From NCBI GenBank assembly GCA_029939595.1, contig JAOZSQ010000001.1, forward strand, positions 157,084-197,721: a stretch of 40,638 nt of DNA. Direction: 5' to 3'. Below, piece by piece: positions 17,258-27,053 of the stretch (within the stretch, counting starts at the first letter, position 1; the number at the start of each line of letters is the position of its first letter). Below the pieces are notes generated by a model. That model did not search any database. It had not been told where the DNA came from and saw only the letters and a list, made by a program, of their open reading frames with translations. This stretch comes from Thermoplasmatota archaeon. GTDB lineage: Archaea > Thermoplasmatota > E2 > DHVEG-1. The position numbers and the translations under genes are program-made.

Positions 17258-18652
17258 TTATGTAAATAATTCCTCATTTAAAGCTAATTCGGATTTTTGT
17301 TTGTCTGCCATTTCAATAGTAGTAACTAAGTTGTTTGGAAGTTTTTGTTCTTCCTTTTCTAAGTTTATTAATCTCATATGAGATTTATCTATACCAAAAG
17401 TATATAACTTTAAGTTGTTTTCATCAAACCTTGTTTTACCTACCTTACAGATCATTTTTCTTTGTTGAATGAGTTCATCTGTTTGAAATAACAATCCCTG
17501 CCAATCTGTAGTTTGAGGTATTCCCCAACTATCCGCTGTATCTTCTAAATCAGCATCTTTTGGTTTTTTCTCTGCGCCTTTTCTATTGAATTGAGTAGCA
17601 CTTATTTGACAAACATCTTCTTCAACACCAAGACCTCTAACTTCTTCCGCAACAGCCTTTATATATCCATATTTATCACCTACTTGTGCTGCTGGTAAAC
17701 GACTAGAAGCAAACAAGTTTAAATAATCATATATAATTATTTGAGGAACAAATTTCTTTTTTAATTTTAAATCATGAAGATATTTCTTTACATGTAAAAC
17801 ACTAGCCGAACCGGTTGGGAATTCCTTTATTTTTAATCTTCGTTCAGTTCCCAATTCATCAACAAGAGCCTTTGCTTTACTAAAAAACCTTTCTTTGTTT
17901 AATCGTTTGTTTAAATCATTGGCAATAATATCCAATAAATTTGCATCAATCCTCTTGGCTATTTGATATTCTGACATCTCAGCGGTTATATAAAGAACAT
18001 TGTATCCTCTTCTTAAAAAATCACTAGCCAAATGACATAATACTAATGTTTTTCCAATATTGGTCCGACCCTGGAACAAATATAAAGCCTTACTTTCAAA
18101 GGCTCCCCCAACGGCGACATTAAGTACATCAATATTACAATAAAATTTCTTTTCTTCTCGTACATAATTAGCAAAACGGCTTTTGGTATCAGCTAAGTAA
18201 TCATGACCTAAATTAGTATCAAAATTAACAGCCAATGCACCTTCAATTAACTCATGTATTTTCTCTTTGTTTCCTTTTTTTGCTTTTATTATTTCAACCG
18301 ATTCAACTATAGCCAACTTTAGTTCTTCGTCTTGTACCCATAATTCAGTTTGTTTTTTTAATAAATCATAATTAATTTCTCTGGTTGTTTCAAACAATTC
18401 GGTAATATAATCTTTGACCTCCTTTGTATCTTTTATTGATATTTTTGTATCCGCATCCAACATTATGAATATATCATTTGTGGATGGTCTTGCAGTATAT
18501 TCTGTATAGAATTCTATAACTTTGCAAATTAGTGCGCCCTCGGCAACACTTTCCTCAAAAAACACTGGTTTTAAATATGTAATTACACTTGAGAAATAAC
18601 CTTCATTCTCAAATAATCCATAAAACAGCGTGGGCGTGAAATCGTCTTCCAT
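17258..18652 (-). CDS. 41: replicative DNA helicase (T4 gp41 / DnaB-like)
   Basis: Walker A GRTNIGKT, a Walker B aspartate in a hydrophobic stretch (IIIYDYL), and a DnaB-like domain layout. Confidence 0.85.
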   Translation of the reverse strand: MEDDFTPTLFYGLFENEGYFSSVITYLKPVFFEESVAEGALICKVIEFYTEYTARPSTNDIFIMLDADTKISIKDTKEVKDYITELFETTREINYDLLKKQTELWVQDEELKLAIVESVEIIKAKKGNKEKIHELIEGALAVNFDTNLGHDYLADTKSRFANYVREEKKFYCNIDVLNVAVGGAFESKALYLFQGRTNIGKTLVLCHLASDFLRRGYNVLYITAEMSEYQIAKRIDANLLDIIANDLNKRLNKERFFSKAKALVDELGTERRLKIKEFPTGSASVLHVKKYLHDLKLKKKFVPQIIIYDYLNLFASSRLPAAQVGDKYGYIKAVAEEVRGLGVEEDVCQISATQFNRKGAEKKPKDADLEDTADSWGIPQTTDWQGLLFQTDELIQQRKMICKVGKTRFDENNLKLYTFGIDKSHMRLINLEKEEQKLPNNLVTTIEMADKQKSELALNEELFT

Positions 18653-18697
18653 TTAATATTTCCTTGGATTTAATATTCGGTGGGATTTATGAACCTT

Positions 18698-18949
18698 TTA
18701 ACACAAATTATATTCTGGTTCGTAGTGTGGAGCATAATGTTTATGGTAATACATCCATTCTTCTAATTGCTCCAACCTCTCTTTTCTTGATTTGCCTTTT
18801 CTCAATTTTTCTAACCATTCTTTTTTTTCTTTTTCTTCTTTGGTTTTTGCACAGTCTGAACAAGTATTATCATAATCATCCAATGAATGATACCATTCAA
18901 ACTTCTTTTTACAAACTTTACATGTTACATCGTAATCTATTACTGCCAT
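18698..18949 (-). CDS. Zn-ribbon small protein
   Basis: CKVCKK ... CSDCAK. Confidence 0.45.
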   Translation of the reverse strand: MAVIDYDVTCKVCKKKFEWYHSLDDYDNTCSDCAKTKEEKEKKEWLEKLRKGKSRKERLEQLEEWMYYHKHYAPHYEPEYNLC

Positions 18950-18977
18950 TTTACCTTGCGTATTTTTTTAATGATTT

Positions 18978-19006
18978 ATTAAATTTTTTTATCCATTTTT
19001 GATCAA
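18978..19006 (-). promoter_or_regulatory. sigma70-like early promoter candidate (TTGATC-17-TTTAAT) reading into the gene 41 cluster
   Basis: On the minus strand the -35 is TTGATC and a 17-nt spacer leads to TTTAAT. It lies about 29 nt upstream of the ATG at 18949, which has an AAGG SD. Confidence 0.3.
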
Positions 19007-19132
19007 TGAATTTTTTTGGAAATCCAACATGATAATCTAATTTTCTATAACTCCCCCTATATTCAATGTTACGTAAATCCAGTTGGTTAATGATATACCA
19101 ACATCTTTATTAGAAAAAACCGCATCAACTTT

Positions 19133-19480
19133 TCATAATCCTAATCTTTTGATGTTATTTGTAAACCAAGAACTGACTTTGTTAGCATTTATTCTTCCAC
19201 TTTCCATCCCCCTCTTGACAGTAAGAAGATGATTTTCTAATTTTAGATAACCACTATCATCAATATTGGCTTTTATGTGTTCTCTAATATCAGGATGAAT
19301 TCTTTCGTCCCGTTCAACCCACATTTCAAAATCAATATTAGATTCCAATTTGGCTATTTGTTTTGGAATATCTTTATTCCGATTAATTATTGTAATCACC
19401 ATACTTGGTGTTATAGTGAATTTTGGATCTGTTTTTTGTTTATACCAAATCTTATTATATCCTTTTGGTAAATCTTTCAT
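19133..19480 (-). CDS. hypothetical protein
   Basis: A 115-aa ORF. Confidence 0.45.
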   Translation of the reverse strand: MKDLPKGYNKIWYKQKTDPKFTITPSMVITIINRNKDIPKQIAKLESNIDFEMWVERDERIHPDIREHIKANIDDSGYLKLENHLLTVKRGMESGRINANKVSSWFTNNIKRLGL

Positions 19481-19722
19481 TTTAATCCTTGTAACATATC
19501 ATCTTCTCCATTTTCAATTAGTCTTTGTTGAGCCGCCATAAAGAAACTATTTCTATTTTTAAATTTGGTTTTATAATGCAAAGTGTTAATTAACAAAGCA
19601 AGTATTATTTCAGGACTCATTATTCCCACATGCAAAGGATTCATTATAAAATCTACTTCTTCATAACTTCTTTGTGATACCAATTTGCCTATTGTTAGAC
19701 ATATCTCATCTGAATTAGCCAT
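19477..19722 (-). CDS. hypothetical protein
   Basis: An 81-aa ORF whose start overlaps the upstream stop. Confidence 0.45.
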   Translation of the reverse strand: MANSDEICLTIGKLVSQRSYEEVDFIMNPLHVGIMSPEIILALLINTLHYKTKFKNRNSFFMAAQQRLIENGEDDMLQGLK

Positions 19723-19754
19723 TACAAATCTCCATTAAAAATTTAATTTTAATA

Positions 19755-20407
19755 TTATTCGTTCTGACTCCAAACAATTGGTTGTTTGCCACTTTTGGCC
19801 AGATAATCATTTGTTTTGGAGAAATGTTTATTTCCAAAAAATTGACCCGCTCGTGCAACCGGATGCGCTCCCTTTAAAACAAGATGTTTATCATCATCAA
19901 TTAATGGAGCCTTCTCTTTAGCATTTCCACCCCATAATATGAAAACAACTCGGTTTCGGCGGTCACTTATTTTCTGTATTATCTCATCAGTTAATTTACC
20001 CCATCCAATATCTTTGTGAGAATTTGATTCTCCCTGTTCCACTGTTAATGTTGTGTTTAATAGTAAAACTCCTTGTTGTGCCCAACCTTCCAAATTGCCA
20101 CCTGAAAATTCCATATTCAAATCTTCTTTTAATTCTTTTTTAATATTTCTAAGTGATCGGGGAATGTTGTTCTCATCTTTGGGAATTGAGAAGGCAAGTC
20201 CATGTGCATGGAAGGGGTTGGGAAAAGGATCTTGAGCAAGTATAACTACCTTTACTTTATCAAAAGGTGTCATTTTAAGAGCCTTAACAACTTCATTTGG
20301 TTTTGGAAGAATCGGTTTTCCTGCATTTATTTCAGCAACAAGAAACTGTTGTATTTCTTTGAATTTTTCACTTTAAAAAACTCAATTTCGTTAAGCCACG
20401 TTTCCAT
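19755..20407 (-). CDS. ung: uracil-DNA glycosylase (family 1 UNG); the N-terminal ~45 codons are in a different frame (frameshift at the A5 run, forward 20364-20368)
   Basis: Track ORF 19755..20273 carries VKVVILAQDPFPNPFHAHGLAFSIP and GAHPVARAGQFFGNKHF, which are the UNG signature motifs. Upstream, METWLNEIEFFKVK is in frame 2 and KFKEIQQFLVAEINAGKPILPKPNEVVKAL is in frame 1, both matching the UNG N-terminus. One extra A would join them. Confidence 0.75.
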
Positions 20408-20972
20408 AAAATTTCCATTTTTTTAGGTTTTTGATTGATTCTAACGGTTTTAAATTATCAAGGGACCAACATTTTTTAAATTCAAGATCATTAGTATTTG
20501 TAAAAATAAAAGAAGAAATAGGTTTAATATGATCTATTTGCCATGTTTTTTGATTTTTATCATAATTACCATGATTGCTCCAATTCATCCAAGGTTTAAA
20601 TTGAGCCTCAAGATGTTCCTTTAATTCCTGTAAAGTATAACCAACTATATCTTCCCAATGTCCTCCTTTTCCTCGTCCCAATGATTTATTAATTGAATTA
20701 GAAAATTTAGTTTTTATTTTAAAATTAGAATCTTCTTTATATTTTTTCTTTCCCCATTTTCGTTTATTTTCTTTCCATGATTCTGTTTTTCTATATTCTG
20801 CTTTTTGAACGAGAATTTTTTTTCGTCTTTTATTATAACTTTCTTTTGAACTTGTTATTCTACAAATTTTACAATTAGATGACAAACCATCTTTATGTAA
20901 TTTATGTTTATGAAAATCATTCAAAAATTTTAATTTTTTACATGTAGTACATATTTTTCTATCAGTTACCAT
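20391..20972 (-). CDS. HNH endonuclease (likely free-standing homing endonuclease) with an N-terminal Zn finger
   Basis: CTTCKK ... CKICR at the N-terminus. The C-terminus has WQIDHIKPIS ... NLKPLESIKNLKK, an HNH His-Asn-Asn arrangement. Confidence 0.6.
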   Translation of the reverse strand: MVTDRKICTTCKKLKFLNDFHKHKLHKDGLSSNCKICRITSSKESYNKRRKKILVQKAEYRKTESWKENKRKWGKKKYKEDSNFKIKTKFSNSINKSLGRGKGGHWEDIVGYTLQELKEHLEAQFKPWMNWSNHGNYDKNQKTWQIDHIKPISSFIFTNTNDLEFKKCWSLDNLKPLESIKNLKKWKFYGNVA

Positions 20973-21288
20973 TTAAAATACTATCCAATCCTATTTTTAT
21001 CCCAAATTGTTTATTAACTAGTTTAATTAAAACATCACCATGACAAGGTAACGGATTATTTTTCTTTTTACAATAGCACCCAAGAGTCTTTCCGTATAAT
21101 TCATTGAGAGAACCCATTAAATGTGGTTGAGTTAATACCCATTTTTGATAACATTCAATGGATTCTTCTCTGGTTGATACTTTCCATTTGGCTGAAGAGT
21201 TTTTGAGATGACTAAATGGATTGCCCCATTTAGAACCTCGGCCAATATAGACATCATAAGTATCTTCTTTACAATGAACTACTTGCAT
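20962..21288 (-). CDS. DUF4326-like small protein
   Basis: YDVYIGRGSKWGNPF ... GKTLGCYC ... CHGDVL fits the conserved DUF4326 pattern as remembered. Confidence 0.45.
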   Translation of the reverse strand: MQVVHCKEDTYDVYIGRGSKWGNPFSHLKNSSAKWKVSTREESIECYQKWVLTQPHLMGSLNELYGKTLGCYCKKKNNPLPCHGDVLIKLVNKQFGIKIGLDSILNGN

Positions 21289-21309
21289 ATCACTTCTTCA
21301 AAAGAGCTT

Positions 21310-22446
21310 TCATGATACTTTTTCTTTCACAGAAGATACCAATTCAATTTTCTCTTCAGCTTCATCGTAATCATCGTTTTCAGTTAGAAATGCCACTTCT
21401 TCAGCCAATTTACTAGAAATAAGATTTCTTCCATAACAATATGTTTTTCTTAACCACTCAGCTAAACCACCTTTTTCCATTACATCATCCCATATCTCAT
21501 CACCTTTTAACTCAATAGGAAGGTAATCTTTTCCTTTATAATGATAACCGTTCTTTTGTCCAATTTTACATTTTTTCATTATACCAGCTTTTAAAGCCAA
21601 TGCAGGTAAACCCGAATATTTTATCAAACCATGATCATAAGAAATATTAAACGTAACCTCTGCCCATTCTTTGGCTAGTCTGTTTTTGGTTGATTTGGCT
21701 GTTACTGTTACACCAATAATGGACCCATCTTTTGTTTTCTCTTTAGCCTTTATCAATTCAATTGTTGCAGTGGGCATAAATTCAACACCGGTTCCACCAG
21801 ATACACTTTTACTAGTAAACATTGACATGCTATTATATTGGTGATTAATCATTATCATTGGTATATCCAATTCACCTAAATCAACTGTGATGGTTCGGAA
21901 CAAAGCTTTAATACCTTGTGCTCTTGTCATATCTTTCTTTTGTTTATCTGGTTCTTTCAACATTTCATTACGTTCTTTATCTGTTGATAAATTTCCTAAA
22001 CTATCAACCAAAATAAGGAATTTTTCTTTTCTCTTTTTTTCTCTTATTATATTCACCATATTATTAATTCTTTGAGCCATATACTCAACTGTTGGGCATG
22101 GTACTATTTTCCATTTGGATCTATCAAAACATTGAATATTATCAATCGCCCATTCAGATTCAAAATTGATAACATGATATCCCATTTTTTGGGCATTATT
22201 AGCAATTGCACGTCCAATAAATGTTTTACCTGATGTTGATTTACCAACTAATTGAATGATTCTACCAGATGGAACCCCTTTATATGGGTCTCCTGAGATG
22301 AGGGCATTAAGTGATAATGATCCTGTTGAAATCCAATTTCTTACGTCATATGCGTCTAATTGGTCGGCTGTATAACCGATTTTATCTAATCCTAAAATTT
22401 CAAAGATTGATTGTTCTTTTGTTCCGTTTTTCTTTGTTGCTGCCAT
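21310..22446 (-). CDS. uvsX: UvsX RecA-like recombinase
   Basis: Walker A GKSTSGKT, DSLGNL and DMTRAQGIKALFR match T4 UvsX DSLGNL ... DMTRAKTMKSLFR. Confidence 0.85.
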   Translation of the reverse strand: MAATKKNGTKEQSIFEILGLDKIGYTADQLDAYDVRNWISTGSLSLNALISGDPYKGVPSGRIIQLVGKSTSGKTFIGRAIANNAQKMGYHVINFESEWAIDNIQCFDRSKWKIVPCPTVEYMAQRINNMVNIIREKKRKEKFLILVDSLGNLSTDKERNEMLKEPDKQKKDMTRAQGIKALFRTITVDLGELDIPMIMINHQYNSMSMFTSKSVSGGTGVEFMPTATIELIKAKEKTKDGSIIGVTVTAKSTKNRLAKEWAEVTFNISYDHGLIKYSGLPALALKAGIMKKCKIGQKNGYHYKGKDYLPIELKGDEIWDDVMEKGGLAEWLRKTYCYGRNLISSKLAEEVAFLTENDDYDEAEEKIELVSSVKEKVS

Positions 22447-22477
22447 TCTTTCTCCTTTATAATTTATTATGATGGAT

Positions 22478-22726
22478 TTACATACCTAAATCTTCATCAA
22501 TTATTTCATAAACCATATCAATATTTACAATGGTATGTATTGGTTTTTCTTCATATACTATCTCGCCACCAATTTGGTTTCCTTCTCGTTTTGGAATTTT
22601 TACTTTGCCTTTAATCTCAACACAACATAAAACAGTAGCTTGATCGGCTTTGTAATCTTTGACATATCCTGGTGAGGAGAAGTCTATTGCTTGTGCAATT
22701 CCATCAATTTTAATATATTTTGCCAT
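22478..22726 (-). CDS. hypothetical protein
   Basis: An 82-aa ORF. Confidence 0.4.
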   Translation of the reverse strand: MAKYIKIDGIAQAIDFSSPGYVKDYKADQATVLCCVEIKGKVKIPKREGNQIGGEIVYEEKPIHTIVNIDMVYEIIDEDLGM

Positions 22727-22992
22727 TATTCACCTCCAATTTTTTGGCATCTTGTTCCTTTAAATGTTTTCTTACTTTTTGCTTTGAGATATTCTGGTGT
22801 TGGTTCAAACCCATCCTTTTTTGAGCATCTAATAAAATCCCAAACCGGTTTTGGTTTACAACCTCTCATATACCTTCCTTCTTTAATTTTTTTTGTAAAC
22901 ATACTTCCACCATTCTTATAACACGTATCAAATACCTTGGGGGGTTTGAATGCGAGATTGGTTTTGGTGGGTGCTTCTTCTTTGAAAATCAT
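22726..22992 (-). CDS. hypothetical basic Cys-containing protein
   Basis: An 88-aa ORF. Confidence 0.4.
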   Translation of the reverse strand: MIFKEEAPTKTNLAFKPPKVFDTCYKNGGSMFTKKIKEGRYMRGCKPKPVWDFIRCSKKDGFEPTPEYLKAKSKKTFKGTRCQKIGGE

Positions 22993-23252
22993 ATTACCTC
23001 CCTTTCTAGTAACTTCTCAAACATCTCTTTTATGCTTTCGCTCGGACCGGCATCCGATCCAACATTACAACCATGATGTTTATTTAATTTTCTTTTTACA
23101 ATATTTGTGACAGTTCCAAAGAAAGCATTACTTTGTGTTTTCTCATCGTATGTCTTTCCTGCTGCTGCTTTAGCCTCATCCCAATATTTCTCAACTGTTT
23201 TTTCCGAGACTCCACATTGTTTTGCGAAAGATGTTATGGTTCCTGCTGGCAT
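22989..23252 (-). CDS. small protein with an N-terminal helix-turn-helix
   Basis: TITSFAKQCGVSEKTVEKYW is a canonical HTH pattern. It overlaps the upstream ORF by 62 nt. Confidence 0.45.
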   Translation of the reverse strand: MPAGTITSFAKQCGVSEKTVEKYWDEAKAAAGKTYDEKTQSNAFFGTVTNIVKRKLNKHHGCNVGSDAGPSESIKEMFEKLLEREVI

Positions 23253-23751
23253 CGTCCTTTCCTATAAGTATTTCTTCAAACATTCCTTTCATCGTTTTTG
23301 GCTTCGTTCTTAATCCGACATATTTTTCCAAATCTTTATTGATTTTAATCCTATTTACTTCATTATCCCTCATTACATGATAATAATAAATCAACTTTCC
23401 TAATTCTGGTTTTGGAATATCTTTTCTGTGACAAGCAACATAATGAATTAACAAAGAGTTTGTCATAACATCTGTAGCTTCTATTTTTTTCCCCACCTTT
23501 TTAAAAACATCTGTTATTATTTTATTTGTAAAATGATGATCTTTATTGTCACTTGTTATTTTTAAAAACTCGTCTTTTCCAGAACCTTCATGCCCCTGTC
23601 CTGTACATGTATGCCATCCACGATAAGAGTTTTTTGGTTTTGTTTTACTCCAAAGAAATTCCGCCATTTTAGTAAGTGCGTCTTTCTTTGGTATTGTACC
23701 TTTCCCTTTGGGTTCAATCATCATCAAATATTGAGGACCATCTAAATTCAT
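23191..23751 (-). CDS. hypothetical protein
   Basis: A 186-aa ORF. Its 3' end overlaps the next ORF around a T6/A6 run (23197-23202), so a frameshift is possible. Confidence 0.45.
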   Translation of the reverse strand: MNLDGPQYLMMIEPKGKGTIPKKDALTKMAEFLWSKTKPKNSYRGWHTCTGQGHEGSGKDEFLKITSDNKDHHFTNKIITDVFKKVGKKIEATDVMTNSLLIHYVACHRKDIPKPELGKLIYYYHVMRDNEVNRIKINKDLEKYVGLRTKPKTMKGMFEEILIGKDDASRNHNIFRKTMWSLGKNS

Positions 23752-23766
23752 ATTATCTCCTAATCT

Positions 23767-25470
23767 TTATAGTTCTAACTTATTTATCGTTGAGAACCCA
23801 TTTTCCATTTTAACCTGAAATGCCCGATCAATCATATCATTATCAACATCCATCGCATGGGAAACTGTTATTATTTCCTTTAATTCATTATTGGAGGCAT
23901 CTTTTAAAACTTCAAACAAAATATTTCTACCCTCGGCATCCAAACCGGAGTCAATTTCATCTAATATTAAAATATTTATGTCGGATTTTTGATTTCTTAA
24001 TTTGGAAAATGATAGGAAAGCAAAAACAACGGCGAGATCAATCAATTTCTTTTGTCCTTCTGAAAAACTAAAATAGGATGAAGATTCTTTGAATTTAGTT
24101 TCAACTACATCATTAAAATTCTCATCAAATTTGAAATAAATTGGTATTTCAAACTTTTGCAAAAACATCTTCAGTAAATTATTAAGCACCGGCAACCGCT
24201 TCCTGATTATGTATTTTTTGATGCCGGTATCTTGCAACAACTCCTGTATTATTTTTTGGTAGTTAAATTCATAATAATTCAATTTTAGCAGTGTGTCAAA
24301 ATGGTCAATCTTATTTTTAAAGTCATTGAACTTTGTTTCATCTATTTTGATGTCTTGTTTTAAGCTACTTATCTTGCTTTGTAATTGGGTTATTTTCTTT
24401 TTGCTTTGAGTTATTTCGTTTTTCATGGTCTTCGCTTTCAAAGCAATTACATCATATTTTTTTAACTTTTTTTCATGATCCTCAACTTTAATATTATATT
24501 CACCAATTATCTTTCTTACTTCTTCTATATCATATTCTTTGTTTTTTTCTAAATCAATATACTCATTTACCTTTGCACAACCAGGACAATTACTTTGAAA
24601 GAATTCTTTTTTGGCTTCATCGGACCGCTTCTCTATTAGTAATTTACGTTCCGAATCTTTTTGTTCTTTCAGATATTTTTTGAGTTCTTTTAATTCTTCT
24701 TTTAAAGTATCTTCTTTGGCACTTATCCGTTTAAATCTAACAATGCCTTCTTCGTTGAAAATTATTTGTGTTTCCAATTCGCCTATTTCTAAAAGATACT
24801 CTTTTTTCAATTCTTCATTTTTAGTAAGAAAATCTTTTTTTATCTTTTTCAGATTATCCAGATTTCTTTTTTCTTGTTTGAGTAAATTTTCATAAGCAAT
24901 CTTTTCTTCTTTTTTATTTTTAATTTCAAATTCAATATCACTAAATTTTTTAATACTTATTTCTCTCATCTTGGAAAAGACTTCAATACCAAACATATCC
25001 TCTACTAATTTTCTTTTTTCATCTTTTTTTAAAGTAAAAAATGATATACTTCTAGTGAGGGTTTTTACTACTATTTGGTTGAAAACTCTTTCATTTATTT
25101 TCAATATGCTTTCTTCTAAATAGCTCTGATAATCTAGTTTCCGAGCATCTTGATCAATGAGTTTATCGTTTTCATATATTTTAAAATATTTTGGTATTAA
25201 TCCTCTCTCTATTCTATATTCTTTACCATTTGAATTGAAAGTAATTTCAACTTCAAGTCGTCTTTTTGTGATCCAGTTAACCAGTTGTTCCAGTTTGATT
25301 TTCCTATATGGTTTTCCAAAAAAACCAAAATACAAAACATCAACAAGTGCAGATTTTCCTTCGCCAATAGGTGCAAATATTCTTGAAACTCCTTTTTGAA
25401 AATCATATTCAGTCTTCCGATTCCCATAACTAAGAAAGTTTCTCCAAACCATCTTCTTTAGTTCAATCAT
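23767..25470 (-). CDS. 46: SbcC/Rad50-like recombination ATPase (T4 gp46-like)
   Basis: Walker A GEGKSA, a CPGC zinc hook, the signature FSEGQKK and the D-loop LILDEIDSGLD. Confidence 0.85.
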   Translation of the reverse strand: MIELKKMVWRNFLSYGNRKTEYDFQKGVSRIFAPIGEGKSALVDVLYFGFFGKPYRKIKLEQLVNWITKRRLEVEITFNSNGKEYRIERGLIPKYFKIYENDKLIDQDARKLDYQSYLEESILKINERVFNQIVVKTLTRSISFFTLKKDEKRKLVEDMFGIEVFSKMREISIKKFSDIEFEIKNKKEEKIAYENLLKQEKRNLDNLKKIKKDFLTKNEELKKEYLLEIGELETQIIFNEEGIVRFKRISAKEDTLKEELKELKKYLKEQKDSERKLLIEKRSDEAKKEFFQSNCPGCAKVNEYIDLEKNKEYDIEEVRKIIGEYNIKVEDHEKKLKKYDVIALKAKTMKNEITQSKKKITQLQSKISSLKQDIKIDETKFNDFKNKIDHFDTLLKLNYYEFNYQKIIQELLQDTGIKKYIIRKRLPVLNNLLKMFLQKFEIPIYFKFDENFNDVVETKFKESSSYFSFSEGQKKLIDLAVVFAFLSFSKLRNQKSDINILILDEIDSGLDAEGRNILFEVLKDASNNELKEIITVSHAMDVDNDMIDRAFQVKMENGFSTINKLEL

Positions 25471-26588
25471 TCTTCTCTTATAGTATTAGCTTGTTCATGA
25501 ATGCCTACCATCATATTAAACAGTATTTGCTTGTCAATTGACGGATCAAATGTAGAGACATCAATAAAACTCTTCATAAAACCAGGAATATCTTTTTCAT
25601 CTAAGGATTCTGTTTCTAGGCTTTCAGTAGTAAAAATTGCATTTTCATCAATTGTCTCAATTTGATATCCATCTTTTGATTTAAGTGAAAGTAATCTATA
25701 ATTATCTTCAAGTATTTGTTGTTTTGATGTTGACTTAACTATAAGATTACAATAATTATTTGCTGCAATTTGAGATACATCACAACTTTTTATATATCGG
25801 TCTTTATATTTTTCTATTCCTTTAATTCTATATTGTACAACACCTCCTTCCTCATAATAACAAATTCGTATGAATTTTGGAGAAGTCTCATTTTCAACAA
25901 ATTCTATATTAAAGTCATCTTTAAGAATATAAAAACCTTTTTTTCTATTGAAATCACCCCAATCCATTTGGTAAGGAGCACCAACATACATAATATTTTC
26001 TCTTCTACATGTATTATGAAAATGACCTGACATAACAATTTTATATTCTTTAAAATAATCTAAAATTGTTTGTATACCGTCTTTGGTTTGGAATTGGTTA
26101 GGGTTTTCAAAAAGGAATTCTTTAATTTCAAAATGTCCAACAAGAACGTCAACATTCTTAGGTATGTTTCTAAATTCCCTTTTTTCAATTATCCAAGGCG
26201 AGAAGCCAATTTTATATTTCCCTATTGTAGTAGTAATTGGCTTGTTTATGATAGTAATGTAATTATATTCTCTAAAGTTGAAATCTAAAGAATTATATTC
26301 TCTACTATTTTTGAAATATGTATCATGGTTGCCCATTAACAAGTAAAGATTTATTTTTTCTCTTTCAAAAAAATCTGTGAACCGGCTTTTAACACTTTGT
26401 AAAATGAAATTATCCACCCATTTTCTATTATGCATTAAATCACCACAATGAATAACAGCTTCTATATTTTCTTTATGTTGAAGAATATATGGAAAAAACT
26501 GTTTTTCAAAAAACTGCATTTTGCGTTCAAATAAATCTTTGTTGTTTGCTTTGGCACCAAAATGTGTGTCACTTACAAATACAATCAA
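25467..26588 (-). CDS. 47: SbcD/Mre11-like nuclease (T4 gp47-like)
   Basis: Calcineurin-like phosphoesterase motifs DTHFG, GDLMH, GNHD, GH and GHFH. The start appears to be TTG at 26588, 7 nt after a GGAGG SD; there is no in-frame ATG before the catalytic motifs. Confidence 0.85.
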   Translation of the reverse strand: MIVFVSDTHFGAKANNKDLFERKMQFFEKQFFPYILQHKENIEAVIHCGDLMHNRKWVDNFILQSVKSRFTDFFEREKINLYLLMGNHDTYFKNSREYNSLDFNFREYNYITIINKPITTTIGKYKIGFSPWIIEKREFRNIPKNVDVLVGHFEIKEFLFENPNQFQTKDGIQTILDYFKEYKIVMSGHFHNTCRRENIMYVGAPYQMDWGDFNRKKGFYILKDDFNIEFVENETSPKFIRICYYEEGGVVQYRIKGIEKYKDRYIKSCDVSQIAANNYCNLIVKSTSKQQILEDNYRLLSLKSKDGYQIETIDENAIFTTESLETESLDEKDIPGFMKSFIDVSTFDPSIDKQILFNMMVGIHEQANTIREE

Positions 26589-26606
26589 TTAATTTCCTCC
26601 ATTAAT

Positions 26607-27053
26607 TCATCCGGCATCCGCCTCTCTATGAGTGATGGTATTATAGTCGTATTTTGATGAGTTGTTTAAAAGTTCTCCCGTTAGTTTGAATCGGAAGTTA
26701 GTGAAATGTTTTTCTTTCTTTAAATATTGTAAAAAACTATTATGTACGATGGTTGTAAAATAAGCAAAGGCGTTTTGTGATTTTAGAGGATTAAAATTAT
26801 GAGCATATTTAACACATGCTAATAATGCATCTCCTCTCATATCTTCAATATATGTGTATCCTGAAAAGTTTAATTTGTTTGAATATCTTGTTACAATTTT
26901 CAAAAAACAATCTGCAACAAAATGTGGTATCGTTTCGGACCCGTTTTTTATTAAATTTTCTTTCCATACTGATACTGCGCTTGTAAAATCGCTATTGTTA
27001 ATGTATAAATCATCCTGCTTAGTCAACCTCTTTCTTGGTTTGCGTTTTGTCAT
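26607..27053 (-). CDS. 55: late-transcription sigma factor (T4 gp55-like)
   Basis: NFSGYT and LYINNSDFTSAVSVWK match T4 gp55 RFNFSGYTQ and YVNNKELLQAIIDWK. Confidence 0.75.
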   Translation of the reverse strand: MTKRKPRKRLTKQDDLYINNSDFTSAVSVWKENLIKNGSETIPHFVADCFLKIVTRYSNKLNFSGYTYIEDMRGDALLACVKYAHNFNPLKSQNAFAYFTTIVHNSFLQYLKKEKHFTNFRFKLTGELLNNSSKYDYNTITHREADAG

